The notes below the pieces were generated by a model. The model saw nothing but the letters and a program-made list of their open reading frames with translations. It had not been told where the DNA came from and ran no database searches. Positions 1-10,670 of a stretch of DNA of 32,000 nt are shown one piece after another; positions within the stretch are counted from its first letter, which is position 1; every line of letters begins with the position of its first letter. Both the position numbers and the translations under genes were made by a program. Origin of the DNA: Corynebacterium glutamicum ATCC 13032 (GTDB taxonomy: Bacteria > Actinomycetota > Actinomycetes > Mycobacteriales > Mycobacteriaceae); NCBI RefSeq assembly GCF_000011325.1, contig NC_003450.3, positions 510,001 to 542,000 on the forward strand, given 5' to 3'.

Positions 1-513
1 GCAAACCCAAGAAACGAAGCAGCTCTGGCAGAGCTCAAGGCACGTTTCGCTGAGACCGACACCGTCGTTCTCACCGAGTACCGTGGCCTGACCGTGGCTC
101 AGACCACCGAACTGCGTAAGGCACTGGGCTTCGATGTCCAGTACTCCGTCGCCAAGAACACCCTTGTTAAGATCGCCGCTAACGAAGCTGGCGTCGAGGG
201 CCTTGATGATCTCCTGACCGGTCCAACCGCTGTTGCCTTCATCAAGGGCGAAGCAGTTGACACCGCTAAGGTGCTGAAGAAATTCGGCGAAGAAAACAAG
301 GCATTCGTAGTCAAGGGTGGCTACATGGATGGCAACGCGCTGACCGCTGAACAGGTCAACGCAATCGCCGAGCTGGACAACCGTGAGACCACTCTCGCGA
401 AGCTTGCCGGCGCCATGAAGGGCAGCTTGGCAAAGGCCGCAGGCCTGTTCAACGCTCCTGCTTCCCAGGTCGCACGCCTCGCCGTTGCGCTCCAGGACAA
501 GAAGGACGCATAA
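1..513 (+). CDS. rplJ: 50S ribosomal protein L10, 5' end cut by window edge
   Basis: Frame 1 is open from base 1 ([40 protein letters not shown]...), which is the conserved actinobacterial L10 N-terminus. The GTG at 94 on the ORF track is therefore internal. Stop at 511-513; followed by rplL as expected. Confidence 0.95.
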   Translation, partial: ANPRNEAALAELKARFAETDTVVLTEYRGLTVAQTTELRKALGFDVQYSVAKNTLVKIAANEAGVEGLDDLLTGPTAVAFIKGEAVDTAKVLKKFGEENKAFVVKGGYMDGNALTAEQVNAIAELDNRETTLAKLAGAMKGSLAKAAGLFNAPASQVARLAVALQDKKDA

Positions 514-590
514 GTCGCCACCAGGCGCACCAGTTTTACCCCAAACTTTTTCGAGCGTGTTAAACGCTCAACAACAGGAAGGATGCCACC

Positions 591-977
591 ATGGCTAAGC
601 TCACCAAAGACGAGCTCATCGAGGCTTTCAAGGAAATGACCCTCATCGAGCTCTCCGAGTTCGTTAAGGAATTCGAAGAGGTCTTCGACGTAACCGCAGC
701 TGCTCCAGTTGCAGTTGCTGCTGCAGGCGCTGCAGGCGGCGAAGCTGCTGCTGCAGAAGAGAAGGACGAGTTCGACGTCGTTCTCGAAGACGCAGGCGCA
801 AAGAAGATCGGCGTCATCAAGGCTGTCCGCGAGCTCGTCTCCGGCCTGGGCCTGAAGGAAGCAAAGGAGCTCGTTGAGGGCGCACCTAAGGCTATCCTCG
901 AGGGCGCAAACAAGGACGACGCTGAGGCTGCAAAGGCTAAGCTCGAAGAGGCTGGCGCAAAGGTCACCCTTAAGTAA
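591..977 (+). CDS. rplL: 50S ribosomal protein L7/L12
   Basis: 128 aa with an Ala-rich hinge and the C-terminal [14 protein letters not shown]...[15 protein letters not shown] signature. AGGAAGGA Shine-Dalgarno sits upstream of the ATG. Confidence 0.97.
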   Translation: MAKLTKDELIEAFKEMTLIELSEFVKEFEEVFDVTAAAPVAVAAAGAAGGEAAAAEEKDEFDVVLEDAGAKKIGVIKAVRELVSGLGLKEAKELVEGAPKAILEGANKDDAEAAKAKLEEAGAKVTLK

Positions 978-1001
978 GAACTTTCTTACACCTTTTCAAA
1001 A

Positions 1002-1038
1002 CCCCACACCCTGGACTCGATCCAGGGGTGGGGTTTTG
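1002..1038 (+). terminator. Intrinsic terminator of rplJL
   Basis: CCCCACACCCTGGA (1002-1015) pairs with TCCAGGGGTGGGG (1021-1033) with one bulged A and loop CTCGA, followed by TTTTGTG. Confidence 0.8.
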
Positions 1039-1040
1039 TG

Positions 1041-1414
1041 CTGTCTGGGGTGGGTTTGGGTTGGGTTTTGGGGTTTGTTGGGGTCGGCGGTGTCTTAAGT
1101 TCGATTTCACGGTAGCGGTTTCTCAACTACGGTTTCGCGGGCTCAATTTCTTAAGAGCGATTTCACTCGGTTTTTGGTGGTTTTGCGAATGGTCTCGAAG
1201 GTAAGAAATTGGATTTGAGAAATTGTATTTGAGGTATCGAACTTAAGTGGGGGAGTCCTTCGCCTCGATATGGCTGCAGCAGTCCTATTGCTCGACTTCG
1301 CGTGTGCTGACTTCTCATGCTCAACTTCTCGTCATACGACTTCAGTAGGAAATCCTGACGGCGCCGACGGAAGTCGACCACGTGAAGTCGAGTGTGTGAA
1401 GTCGCCCTTTAAGG
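1041..1414. repeat. Dispersed structured repeat, copy A (full length)
   Basis: Aligns by eye module for module with 17651-17985. The ~100-nt core 1292-1392 versus 17838-17938 differs at about 10 positions. It contains a phased GACTTC/GAAGTC array. No convincing coding potential. Confidence 0.8.
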
Positions 1415-1535
1415 CCCGTAAAGCACTCCACAACACTTCACGGCAGGCCGTAATTTCCCTGTGAGGTACTTTCTTGCAAGTTGTAGCGCACCGCCGATAC
1501 CAATGCCTGGCGGGTGCTCCGGTAACATCGTCCGC

Positions 1536-2510
1536 ATGCTGCCTAAATCCCGGATTTTCTCCGCAATCTTGCTCGGAATTGGTGTGGCACTTGTGGTCTG
1601 GGGTCTGGTGGCTCCGCGCTTTGTGCACGCTGATGGCCGTTTGCCTCTTGATTTGGAGGCGACGACGTACGTTCTCCATGACTCTGACGCTCAGACCACT
1701 ATTAATTCTGATCCGTTGGCCGGTGTGGTGACTACGCCGGTGACTCGTCAGTTGCATTTTGAGGTGATGGATCCGGCGAGTGCTGATGATGCCACTATTC
1801 GTATTGGTGATTCGATGTTGCGTGGTAATCCTGATACTCAGGGTTTTGAGCAGGAACGGCTCCTGTCAGCGACTGTGTCGAGTTTCCGCATTGATCGCAC
1901 CTCTGGTGAGGTTTTGTCCGATATTGCGCTGACTAATCAGTTGGCGAGCCCTACGGTGCAGTATTCGGTGGATGGCATTTGGTTGAAGTTCCCAACTGAC
2001 GCGCAGGAGACCACTTACAACGTGGTGGATCCGGTGCTGAGGTCTGCGCTGCCGGCGGATTTTGTGGAGTCCACGGAGATCGATGGCCGTGAGGTGCTGC
2101 ATTACCGTCAGGTGATTGATAACGTGAATGTGGCGGAGTATTTCGCGGATGCCAACAACACCACCACGTTGACTAAAGAGGATGGCGGTACCACGACGGG
2201 CTATTTTTATCACAATGTGACTCGTGATTTTTGGGTGGATCAGCGTACCGGTTTGGTTGTCGATCTAGCTGAAAATATTGATGATTTTTACGGCGACCGC
2301 AGCGGCCAGAAGTACGAACAGAAATTGCTTTTCGACGCCTCCCTCGACGATGCAGCTGTCTCTAAGCTGGTTGCACAGGCCGAAAGCATCCCTGATGGAG
2401 ATGTGAGCAAAATCGCAAATACCGTAGGTATTGTGATCGGTGCGGTATTGGCTCTCGTGGGCCTGGCCGGGTGTTTTGGGGCGTTTGGGAAGAAACGTCG
2501 AGAAGCTTAA
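1536..2510 (+). CDS. Membrane-anchored secreted protein, DUF3068 (PorA-like) type
   Basis: The ORF 1461-2510 is trimmed to ATG 1536, giving MLPKSRIFSAILLGIGVALVVWGLVAPRF (basic N-terminus plus TM helix). A second TM helix lies at the C-terminus (IVIGAVLALVGLAGCFGAFGKKRR). The N-terminal pattern ending in ...PLDLEATT resembles DUF3068 proteins. Family assignment is from memory; the start has no clear SD. Confidence 0.7.
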   Translation: MLPKSRIFSAILLGIGVALVVWGLVAPRFVHADGRLPLDLEATTYVLHDSDAQTTINSDPLAGVVTTPVTRQLHFEVMDPASADDATIRIGDSMLRGNPDTQGFEQERLLSATVSSFRIDRTSGEVLSDIALTNQLASPTVQYSVDGIWLKFPTDAQETTYNVVDPVLRSALPADFVESTEIDGREVLHYRQVIDNVNVAEYFADANNTTTLTKEDGGTTTGYFYHNVTRDFWVDQRTGLVVDLAENIDDFYGDRSGQKYEQKLLFDASLDDAAVSKLVAQAESIPDGDVSKIANTVGIVIGAVLALVGLAGCFGAFGKKRREA

Positions 2511-2930
2511 CCTGCTGTTCAAATAGATTTTCCCTGTTTCGAATTGCGGAAACCCCGGGTTTGTTTGCTAGGGTGCCTCGTAGAAGGGGTCAAGAAGATT
2601 TCTGGGAAACGCGCCCGTGCGGTTGGTTGCTAATAGCACGCGGAGCACCAGATGAAAAATCTCCCCTTTACTTTCGCGCGCGATTGGTATACTCTGAGTC
2701 GTTGCGTTGGAATTCGTGACTCTTTTTCGTTCCTGTAGCGCCAAGACCTTGATCAAGGTGGTTTAAAAAAACCGATTTGACAAGGTCATTCAGTGCTATC
2801 TGGAGTCGTTCAGGGGGATCGGGTTCCTCAGCAGACCAATTGCTCAAAAATACCAGCGGTGTTGATCTGCACTTAATGGCCTTGACCAGCCAGGTGCAAT
2901 TACCCGCGTGAGGTGCTGGAAGGACCCATC

Positions 2931-5900
2931 TTGGCAGTCTCCCGCCAGACCAAGTCAGTCGTCGATATTCCCGGTGCACCGCAGCGTTATTCTTTCGCGA
3001 AGGTGTCCGCACCCATTGAGGTGCCCGGGCTACTAGATCTTCAACTGGATTCTTACTCCTGGCTGATTGGTACGCCTGAGTGGCGTGCTCGTCAGAAGGA
3101 AGAATTCGGCGAGGGAGCCCGCGTAACCAGCGGCCTTGAGAACATTCTCGAGGAGCTCTCCCCAATCCAGGATTACTCTGGAAACATGTCCCTGAGCCTT
3201 TCGGAGCCACGCTTCGAAGACGTCAAGAACACCATTGACGAGGCGAAAGAAAAGGACATCAACTACGCGGCGCCACTGTATGTGACCGCGGAGTTCGTCA
3301 ACAACACCACCGGTGAAATCAAGTCTCAGACTGTCTTCATCGGCGATTTCCCAATGATGACGGACAAGGGAACGTTCATCATCAACGGAACCGAACGCGT
3401 TGTGGTCAGCCAGCTCGTCCGCTCCCCGGGCGTGTACTTTGACCAGACCATCGATAAGTCAACTGAGCGTCCACTGCACGCCGTGAAGGTTATTCCTTCC
3501 CGTGGTGCTTGGCTTGAGTTTGACGTCGATAAGCGCGATTCGGTTGGTGTTCGTATTGACCGCAAGCGTCGCCAGCCAGTCACCGTACTGCTGAAGGCTC
3601 TTGGCTGGACCACTGAGCAGATCACCGAGCGTTTCGGTTTCTCTGAAATCATGATGTCCACCCTCGAGTCCGATGGTGTAGCAAACACCGATGAGGCATT
3701 GCTGGAGATCTACCGCAAGCAGCGTCCAGGCGAGCAGCCTACCCGCGACCTTGCGCAGTCCCTCCTGGACAACAGCTTCTTCCGTGCAAAGCGCTACGAC
3801 CTGGCTCGCGTTGGTCGTTACAAGATCAACCGCAAGCTCGGCCTTGGTGGCGACCACGATGGTTTGATGACTCTTACTGAAGAGGACATCGCAACCACCA
3901 TCGAGTACCTGGTGCGTCTGCACGCAGGTGAGCGCGTCATGACTTCTCCAAATGGTGAAGAGATCCCAGTCGAGACCGATGACATCGACCACTTTGGTAA
4001 CCGTCGTCTGCGTACCGTTGGCGAACTGATCCAGAACCAGGTCCGTGTCGGCCTGTCCCGCATGGAGCGCGTTGTTCGTGAGCGTATGACCACCCAGGAT
4101 GCGGAGTCCATTACTCCTACTTCCTTGATCAACGTTCGTCCTGTCTCTGCAGCTATCCGTGAGTTCTTCGGAACTTCCCAGCTGTCTCAGTTCATGGACC
4201 AGAACAACTCCCTGTCTGGTTTGACTCACAAGCGTCGTCTGTCGGCTCTGGGCCCGGGTGGTCTGTCCCGTGAGCGCGCCGGCATCGAGGTTCGAGACGT
4301 TCACCCATCTCACTACGGCCGTATGTGCCCAATTGAGACTCCGGAAGGTCCAAACATTGGCCTGATCGGTTCCTTGGCTTCCTATGCTCGAGTGAACCCA
4401 TTCGGTTTCATTGAGACCCCATACCGTCGCATCATCGACGGCAAGCTGACCGACCAGATTGACTACCTTACCGCTGATGAGGAAGACCGCTTCGTTGTTG
4501 CGCAGGCAAACACGCACTACGACGAAGAGGGCAACATCACCGATGAGACCGTCACTGTTCGTCTGAAGGACGGCGACATCGCCATGGTTGGCCGCAACGC
4601 GGTTGATTACATGGACGTTTCCCCTCGTCAGATGGTTTCTGTTGGTACCGCGATGATTCCATTCCTGGAGCACGACGATGCTAACCGTGCACTGATGGGC
4701 GCGAACATGCAGAAGCAGGCTGTGCCACTGATTCGTGCCGAGGCTCCTTTCGTGGGCACCGGTATGGAGCAGCGCGCAGCATACGACGCCGGCGACCTGG
4801 TTATTACCCCAGTCGCAGGTGTGGTGGAAAACGTTTCAGCTGACTTCATCACCATCATGGCTGATGACGGCAAGCGCGAAACCTACCTGCTGCGTAAGTT
4901 CCAGCGCACCAACCAGGGCACCAGCTACAACCAGAAGCCTTTGGTTAACTTGGGCGAGCGCGTTGAAGCTGGCCAGGTTATTGCTGATGGTCCAGGTACC
5001 TTCAATGGTGAAATGTCCCTTGGCCGTAACCTTCTGGTTGCGTTCATGCCTTGGGAAGGCCACAACTACGAGGATGCGATCATCCTCAACCAGAACATCG
5101 TTGAGCAGGACATCTTGACCTCGATCCACATCGAGGAGCACGAGATCGATGCCCGCGACACTAAGCTTGGCGCCGAAGAAATCACCCGCGACATCCCTAA
5201 TGTGTCTGAAGAAGTCCTCAAGGACCTCGACGACCGCGGTATTGTCCGCATCGGTGCTGATGTTCGTGACGGCGACATCCTGGTCGGTAAGGTCACCCCT
5301 AAGGGCGAGACCGAGCTCACCCCGGAAGAGCGCTTGCTGCGCGCAATCTTCGGTGAGAAGGCCCGCGAAGTTCGCGATACCTCCATGAAGGTGCCTCACG
5401 GTGAGACCGGCAAGGTCATCGGCGTGCGTCACTTCTCCCGCGAGGACGACGACGATCTGGCTCCTGGCGTCAACGAGATGATCCGTATCTACGTTGCTCA
5501 GAAGCGTAAGATCCAGGACGGCGATAAGCTCGCTGGCCGCCACGGTAACAAGGGTGTTGTCGGTAAAATTTTGCCTCAGGAAGATATGCCATTCCTTCCA
5601 GACGGCACTCCTGTTGACATCATCTTGAACACCCACGGTGTTCCACGTCGTATGAACATTGGTCAGGTTCTTGAGACCCACCTTGGCTGGCTGGCATCTG
5701 CTGGTTGGTCCGTGGATCCTGAAGATCCTGAGAACGCTGAGCTCGTCAAGACTCTGCCTGCAGACCTCCTCGAGGTTCCTGCTGGTTCCTTGACTGCAAC
5801 TCCTGTGTTCGACGGTGCGTCAAACGAAGAGCTCGCAGGCCTGCTCGCTAATTCACGTCCAAACCGCGACGGCGACGTCATGGTTAACGCGGATGGTAAA

Positions 5901-6410
5901 GCAACGCTTATCGACGGTCGCTCCGGTGAGCCTTACCCGTACCCGGTTTCCATCGGCTACATGTACATGCTGAAGCTGCACCACCTCGTTGACGAGAAGA
6001 TCCACGCACGTTCCACTGGTCCTTACTCCATGATTACCCAGCAGCCACTGGGTGGTAAAGCACAGTTCGGTGGACAGCGTTTCGGCGAAATGGAGGTGTG
6101 GGCAATGCAGGCATACGGCGCTGCCTACACACTTCAGGAGCTGCTGACCATCAAGTCTGATGACGTGGTTGGCCGTGTCAAGGTCTACGAAGCAATTGTG
6201 AAGGGCGAGAACATCCCGGATCCAGGTATTCCTGAGTCCTTCAAGGTTCTCCTCAAGGAGCTCCAGTCCTTGTGCCTGAACGTGGAGGTTCTCTCCGCAG
6301 ACGGCACTCCAATGGAGCTCGCGGGTGACGACGACGACTTCGATCAGGCAGGCGCCTCACTTGGCATCAACCTGTCCCGTGACGAGCGTTCCGACGCCGA
6401 CACCGCATAG
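2931..6410 (+). CDS. rpoB: DNA-directed RNA polymerase subunit beta
   Basis: Unmistakable RpoB sequence ([55 protein letters not shown]...). The ORF opens at GTG 2913, but TTG 2931 is preceded by GGAAGGA (2918-2924) at 6-nt spacing. The start is therefore either 2913 (1165 aa) or 2931 (1159 aa). Confidence 0.98.
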   Translation: MAVSRQTKSVVDIPGAPQRYSFAKVSAPIEVPGLLDLQLDSYSWLIGTPEWRARQKEEFGEGARVTSGLENILEELSPIQDYSGNMSLSLSEPRFEDVKNTIDEAKEKDINYAAPLYVTAEFVNNTTGEIKSQTVFIGDFPMMTDKGTFIINGTERVVVSQLVRSPGVYFDQTIDKSTERPLHAVKVIPSRGAWLEFDVDKRDSVGVRIDRKRRQPVTVLLKALGWTTEQITERFGFSEIMMSTLESDGVANTDEALLEIYRKQRPGEQPTRDLAQSLLDNSFFRAKRYDLARVGRYKINRKLGLGGDHDGLMTLTEEDIATTIEYLVRLHAGERVMTSPNGEEIPVETDDIDHFGNRRLRTVGELIQNQVRVGLSRMERVVRERMTTQDAESITPTSLINVRPVSAAIREFFGTSQLSQFMDQNNSLSGLTHKRRLSALGPGGLSRERAGIEVRDVHPSHYGRMCPIETPEGPNIGLIGSLASYARVNPFGFIETPYRRIIDGKLTDQIDYLTADEEDRFVVAQANTHYDEEGNITDETVTVRLKDGDIAMVGRNAVDYMDVSPRQMVSVGTAMIPFLEHDDANRALMGANMQKQAVPLIRAEAPFVGTGMEQRAAYDAGDLVITPVAGVVENVSADFITIMADDGKRETYLLRKFQRTNQGTSYNQKPLVNLGERVEAGQVIADGPGTFNGEMSLGRNLLVAFMPWEGHNYEDAIILNQNIVEQDILTSIHIEEHEIDARDTKLGAEEITRDIPNVSEEVLKDLDDRGIVRIGADVRDGDILVGKVTPKGETELTPEERLLRAIFGEKAREVRDTSMKVPHGETGKVIGVRHFSREDDDDLAPGVNEMIRIYVAQKRKIQDGDKLAGRHGNKGVVGKILPQEDMPFLPDGTPVDIILNTHGVPRRMNIGQVLETHLGWLASAGWSVDPEDPENAELVKTLPADLLEVPAGSLTATPVFDGASNEELAGLLANSRPNRDGDVMVNADGKATLIDGRSGEPYPYPVSIGYMYMLKLHHLVDEKIHARSTGPYSMITQQPLGGKAQFGGQRFGEMEVWAMQAYGAAYTLQELLTIKSDDVVGRVKVYEAIVKGENIPDPGIPESFKVLLKELQSLCLNVEVLSADGTPMELAGDDDDFDQAGASLGINLSRDERSDADTA

Positions 6411-6493
6411 CAGATCAGAAAACAACCGCTAGAAATCAAGCCATACATCCCCCGGACATTGAAGAGATGTTCTGGGGGGAAAGGGAGTTTTAC

Positions 6494-9400
6494 GTGCTCG
6501 ACGTAAACGTCTTCGATGAGCTCCGCATCGGCCTGGCCACCGCCGACGACATCCGCCGTTGGTCCAAGGGTGAGGTCAAGAAGCCGGAGACCATCAACTA
6601 CCGAACCCTCAAGCCTGAGAAGGACGGTCTGTTCTGCGAGCGTATCTTCGGTCCAACTCGCGACTGGGAGTGCGCCTGCGGTAAGTACAAGCGTGTCCGC
6701 TACAAGGGCATCATCTGTGAACGCTGTGGCGTTGAGGTCACCAAGTCCAAGGTGCGCCGTGAGCGCATGGGACACATTGAGCTCGCTGCACCAGTAACCC
6801 ACATTTGGTACTTCAAGGGCGTTCCATCACGCCTCGGCTACCTTTTGGACCTTGCTCCAAAGGACCTGGACCTCATCATCTACTTCGGTGCGAACATCAT
6901 CACCAGCGTGGACGAAGAGGCTCGCCACAGCGACCAGACCACTCTTGAGGCAGAAATGCTTCTGGAGAAGAAGGACGTTGAGGCAGACGCAGAGTCTGAC
7001 ATTGCTGAGCGTGCTGAAAAGCTCGAAGAGGATCTTGCTGAACTTGAGGCAGCTGGCGCTAAGGCCGACGCTCGCCGCAAGGTTCAGGCTGCTGCCGATA
7101 AGGAAATGCAGCACATCCGTGAGCGTGCACAGCGCGAAATCGATCGTCTCGATGAGGTCTGGCAGACCTTCATCAAGCTTGCTCCAAAGCAGATGATCCG
7201 CGATGAGAAGCTCTACGATGAACTGATCGACCGCTACGAGGATTACTTCACCGGTGGTATGGGTGCAGAGTCCATTGAGGCTTTGATCCAGAACTTCGAC
7301 CTTGATGCTGAGGCTGAAGAGCTGCGCGACATCATCAACAATGGCAAGGGCCAGAAGAAGATGCGTGCACTGAAGCGCCTGAAGGTTGTTGCAGCCTTCC
7401 AGCGTTCCGGCAACGATCCTGCCGGCATGGTTTTGAACGCGATCCCAGTGATCCCACCAGAGCTTCGCCCAATGGTTCAGCTTGACGGTGGTCGCTTCGC
7501 TACCTCCGACTTGAACGACCTTTACCGTCGTGTGATCAACCGCAACAACCGTCTGAAGCGCATGATTGAGCTCGGTGCACCTGAGATCATCGTGAACAAC
7601 GAGAAGCGCATGCTGCAGGAATCTGTGGACGCGCTGTTCGACAACGGTCGTCGTGGTCGCCCAGTTACCGGACCGGGTAACCGTCCGCTGAAGTCTCTGT
7701 CTGACTTGCTCAAGGGCAAGCAAGGCCGTTTCCGTCAGAACCTTCTGGGTAAGCGTGTTGACTACTCTGGTCGTTCCGTAATTATCGTTGGTCCTCAGCT
7801 GCGCCTCCACGAATGTGGTCTGCCTAAGCTGATGGCTCTCGAGCTCTTCAAGCCTTTCGTCATGAAGCGCTTGGTGGAGAACGAGTACGCACAGAACATC
7901 AAGTCTGCAAAGCGCATGGTTGAGCGTCAGCGCCCTGAGGTGTGGGACGTCCTCGAAGAGGCCATCTCTGAGCACCCAGTGATGCTGAACCGTGCACCAA
8001 CCCTGCACCGCTTGGGCATTCAGGCTTTCGAGCCTGTCCTTGTTGAGGGTAAGGCTATTCAGCTGCACCCACTTGCTTGTGAAGCTTTCAACGCCGACTT
8101 CGATGGTGACCAGATGGCAGTTCACCTGCCGCTGTCCGCTGAAGCTCAGGCTGAGGCTCGCGTGCTGATGCTTGCATCCAACAACATTTTGTCCCCAGCT
8201 TCCGGTAAGCCTTTGGCTATGCCTCGTCTGGATATGGTGACCGGTCTGTACTACCTGACTCTGGAGAAGTCTTCCGAGGAGTTCGGTGGACAGGGCGCTT
8301 ACCAGCCTGCAGATGAAAACGGTCCTGAAAAGGGCGTGTATTCCTCACTGGCAGAAGCAATCATGGCTTATGACCGTGGTGTACTTGGCCTGCAGGCCCC
8401 AGTTCGCATCCGTTTGAACCACCTGCGCCCACCAGCTGAGGTAGAAGCAGAGCAGTTCCCAGATGGATGGAACCAGGGCGAGACTTGGTTGGCTCACACC
8501 ACCTTGGGTCGCGTTATGTTCAACGAGATCCTGCCTTGGAACTACCCATACCTTGAGGGCGTTATGGTCCGTAAGGGTGGCGGCTCCGACAAGATCATGC
8601 TTGGCGACGTAGTCAATGACCTCGCTGCTAAGTACCCAATGATCACCGTGGCTCAGACCATGGACAAGATGAAGGATGCTGGCTTCTACTGGTCAACCCG
8701 TTCCGGTGTGACCATCGCTATGTCTGACGTTTTGGTTCTTCCTAACAAGGAAGAAATGCTGGACCGCTACGAGGAATCTGCACGCCAGATCGAAGTTAAG
8801 TACAACCGCGGTAAGCTCACCGGCCGTGAGCGCTACGACCGTCTGGTCGAGCTGTGGAAGGACGCAACTGACGAGGTTGGACAGGCTGTCGAGGATCTGT
8901 ACCCAGACGACAACCCAATTCCAATGATCGTGAAGTCTGGTGCTGCCGGTAACATGCGTCAGATCTGGACCCTTGCTGGTATGAAGGGCATGGTTGTGAA
9001 CTCGAAGGGTGACTACATCACCCGCCCGATCAAGACTTCCTTCCGTGAAGGCTTGACCGTTCTCGAGTACTTCAACAACTCCCACGGTTCCCGTAAGGGC
9101 CTGGCCGATACCGCGCTGCGTACCGCTGACTCCGGTTACCTGACCCGTCGTCTTGTTGACGTCGCTCAGGACGTCATCGTGCGTGTTGAGGACTGTGGCA
9201 CCCGCCAGGGTGTTCGCGTTCCTGTCGCTGCTGAGGTTCTGGATGCAACTGGTGCTGTCACCGGCTACACCCGCCATGACCTGATCGAGACTTCTGTCTC
9301 CGGTCGTGTTCTGGCTGGCGATGCAACCAACGCTGCAGGCGAGGTTGTGCTTGCTGCTGGTACCGACCTGACCGAGCTCAACATTGACCTTCTGGTCGAG

Positions 9401-10495
9401 GCTGGCATCAAGGACGTCAAGGTTCGTTCCGTACTTACCTGCCAGACCCCAACCGGTGTTTGTGCTAAGTGCTACGGCAAGTCCATGGCTTCCGGCCAGC
9501 AGGTTGATATCGGAGAGGCTGTCGGTATTGTTGCTGCACAGTCCATTGGTGAGCCTGGTACCCAGCTGACCATGCGTACCTTCCACCAGGGTGGTGTCGG
9601 TGGCGATATTACCGGCGGTCTGCCTCGTGTTCAGGAGCTGTTTGAGGCACGTGTTCCTAAGAACTGTGCACCAATTGCTTCTGTTGAAGGTGTTATCCAC
9701 CTTGAGGATGAAGGCAACTTCTACACTCTGACCATCGTTCCTGACGATGGCTCCGACAACGTTGTCTACGAGAAGCTGTCCAAGCGACAGGGTCTTGCAT
9801 CCACTCGCGTGGCTATGGAGTCCAACGCTGGTGCGTTCATTGAGCGCACCTTGACCGAAGGTGACCGCGTCACCGTTGGTCAGCGTCTGCTCCGTGGTGC
9901 AGCTGATCCACACGACGTGCTCGAGATCCTCGGTCGCCGTGGTGTGGAGCAGCACCTCATCGATGAGGTGCAGGCTGTTTACCGTGCACAGGGTGTGGCC
10001 ATCCACGACAAGCACATCGAAATCATCATTCGTCAGATGCTGCGTCGCGGTACCGTCATTGAGTCCGGTTCCACCGAGTTCCTTCCTGGTTCTTTGGTTG
10101 ACCTCTCTGAGGCGAAGCTGGCTAACTCTGAGGCAATCGGTGCGGGCGGTCAGCCTGCAGAGCTGCGTTCTGAGATCATGGGTATCACCAAGGCCTCTCT
10201 CGCAACTGAGTCTTGGCTGTCTGCAGCGTCCTTCCAGGAGACCACTCGTGTCCTGACTGATGCTGCTATCAACAAGCGCTCCGATAAGCTCATCGGCCTG
10301 AAGGAGAACGTGATCATCGGTAAGCTGATCCCAGCTGGTACTGGTATTTCCCGTTACCGCAACATCTCCATCAAGCCAACCGAGGCTGCTCGCAACGCCG
10401 CATACTCGATCCCAACTTATGGTGAGTCGATTTACGGTGACGATGGATTCGGTGAGTTCACCGGCGCATCCGTCCCATTGGATGAGGCTTTCTAG
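6494..10495 (+). CDS. rpoC: DNA-directed RNA polymerase subunit beta'
   Basis: Carries the RpoC hallmarks (zinc finger [35 protein letters not shown]). The start is moved from ATG 6467 to GTG 6494 ([16 protein letters not shown]...), which follows GGAAAGGGAG at 6478-6487. Length 1333 aa. Confidence 0.98.
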   Translation: MLDVNVFDELRIGLATADDIRRWSKGEVKKPETINYRTLKPEKDGLFCERIFGPTRDWECACGKYKRVRYKGIICERCGVEVTKSKVRRERMGHIELAAPVTHIWYFKGVPSRLGYLLDLAPKDLDLIIYFGANIITSVDEEARHSDQTTLEAEMLLEKKDVEADAESDIAERAEKLEEDLAELEAAGAKADARRKVQAAADKEMQHIRERAQREIDRLDEVWQTFIKLAPKQMIRDEKLYDELIDRYEDYFTGGMGAESIEALIQNFDLDAEAEELRDIINNGKGQKKMRALKRLKVVAAFQRSGNDPAGMVLNAIPVIPPELRPMVQLDGGRFATSDLNDLYRRVINRNNRLKRMIELGAPEIIVNNEKRMLQESVDALFDNGRRGRPVTGPGNRPLKSLSDLLKGKQGRFRQNLLGKRVDYSGRSVIIVGPQLRLHECGLPKLMALELFKPFVMKRLVENEYAQNIKSAKRMVERQRPEVWDVLEEAISEHPVMLNRAPTLHRLGIQAFEPVLVEGKAIQLHPLACEAFNADFDGDQMAVHLPLSAEAQAEARVLMLASNNILSPASGKPLAMPRLDMVTGLYYLTLEKSSEEFGGQGAYQPADENGPEKGVYSSLAEAIMAYDRGVLGLQAPVRIRLNHLRPPAEVEAEQFPDGWNQGETWLAHTTLGRVMFNEILPWNYPYLEGVMVRKGGGSDKIMLGDVVNDLAAKYPMITVAQTMDKMKDAGFYWSTRSGVTIAMSDVLVLPNKEEMLDRYEESARQIEVKYNRGKLTGRERYDRLVELWKDATDEVGQAVEDLYPDDNPIPMIVKSGAAGNMRQIWTLAGMKGMVVNSKGDYITRPIKTSFREGLTVLEYFNNSHGSRKGLADTALRTADSGYLTRRLVDVAQDVIVRVEDCGTRQGVRVPVAAEVLDATGAVTGYTRHDLIETSVSGRVLAGDATNAAGEVVLAAGTDLTELNIDLLVEAGIKDVKVRSVLTCQTPTGVCAKCYGKSMASGQQVDIGEAVGIVAAQSIGEPGTQLTMRTFHQGGVGGDITGGLPRVQELFEARVPKNCAPIASVEGVIHLEDEGNFYTLTIVPDDGSDNVVYEKLSKRQGLASTRVAMESNAGAFIERTLTEGDRVTVGQRLLRGAADPHDVLEILGRRGVEQHLIDEVQAVYRAQGVAIHDKHIEIIIRQMLRRGTVIESGSTEFLPGSLVDLSEAKLANSEAIGAGGQPAELRSEIMGITKASLATESWLSAASFQETTRVLTDAAINKRSDKLIGLKENVIIGKLIPAGTGISRYRNISIKPTEAARNAAYSIPTYGESIYGDDGFGEFTGASVPLDEAF

Positions 10496-10545
10496 AGCAA
10501 GGAAACCTTAAATCCAGCACAGCTAATTGGTCGCTGAGAAGTTGA

Positions 10546-10596
10546 GGCCCTGGATCTACTTGAAAAAGTAGAACCAGGGTCTCCTTTCTTTTTGTA
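10546..10596 (+). terminator. Intrinsic terminator of rpoBC
   Basis: GGCCCTGGATCTACTT (10546-10561) pairs with AAGTAGAACCAGGGTC (10566-10581) with two mismatches and loop GAAA, followed by TCCTTTCTTTTTG. Confidence 0.75.
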
Positions 10597-10670
10597 CACA
10601 GACGTGGGGAATAAAACCCTTAACCCCAGATTCTTAGGCAAATCCCCAGATCAGACCTAGTTTTATAACT

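Noticed and set aside
874-1098. 74-aa + strand ORF crossing the rplL 3' end, terminator and G-tract
   Set aside because: It is out of frame with rplL and reads straight through a terminator hairpin and the G/T repeat (giving a Trp/Gly/Val-rich product). It is an artefact of repeat composition.
1163-1381. 72-aa (and 17790-18017, 75-aa) minus-strand ORFs within the repeat as a conserved small-protein gene family
   Set aside because: Over the 29 shared codons there are 3 synonymous versus 5 replacement differences. There is no SD, the ends differ, and the frame is not preserved in half-copy C. I treat this as nucleotide-level conservation and keep it as a caveat in the findings.
2777-2782. Consensus TTGACA hexamers (2777-2782 and 22966-22971) as defined -35 elements
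   Set aside because: I could not find an acceptable TAnnnT -10 hexamer at 16-18 nt spacing from either. They are mentioned only as context and not annotated as promoters.
3459-5681. 404-aa and 281-aa minus-strand ORFs inside rpoB (plus several smaller ones)
   Set aside because: Antisense shadow ORFs of rpoB. They have no SD, no recognisable domains, and composition typical of reverse-frame translation.
6467-6493. Upstream-extended starts offered by the ORF track (rpo[10 protein letters not shown]; also 1461 for the membrane protein, 10769 for the regulator, 23063 for rpsJ, 27603 for rpmC, 29690 for rplN, 28698 and 12476 on the minus strand)
   Set aside because: The extensions are not part of the conserved protein N-termini. 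They swallow the Shine-Dalgarno sequences that precede the internal starts I chose.
6827-10015. 432-aa and 440-aa minus-strand ORFs inside rpoC
   Set aside because: Same reasoning as above. They are antisense shadows of a highly expressed gene with biased codon usage.
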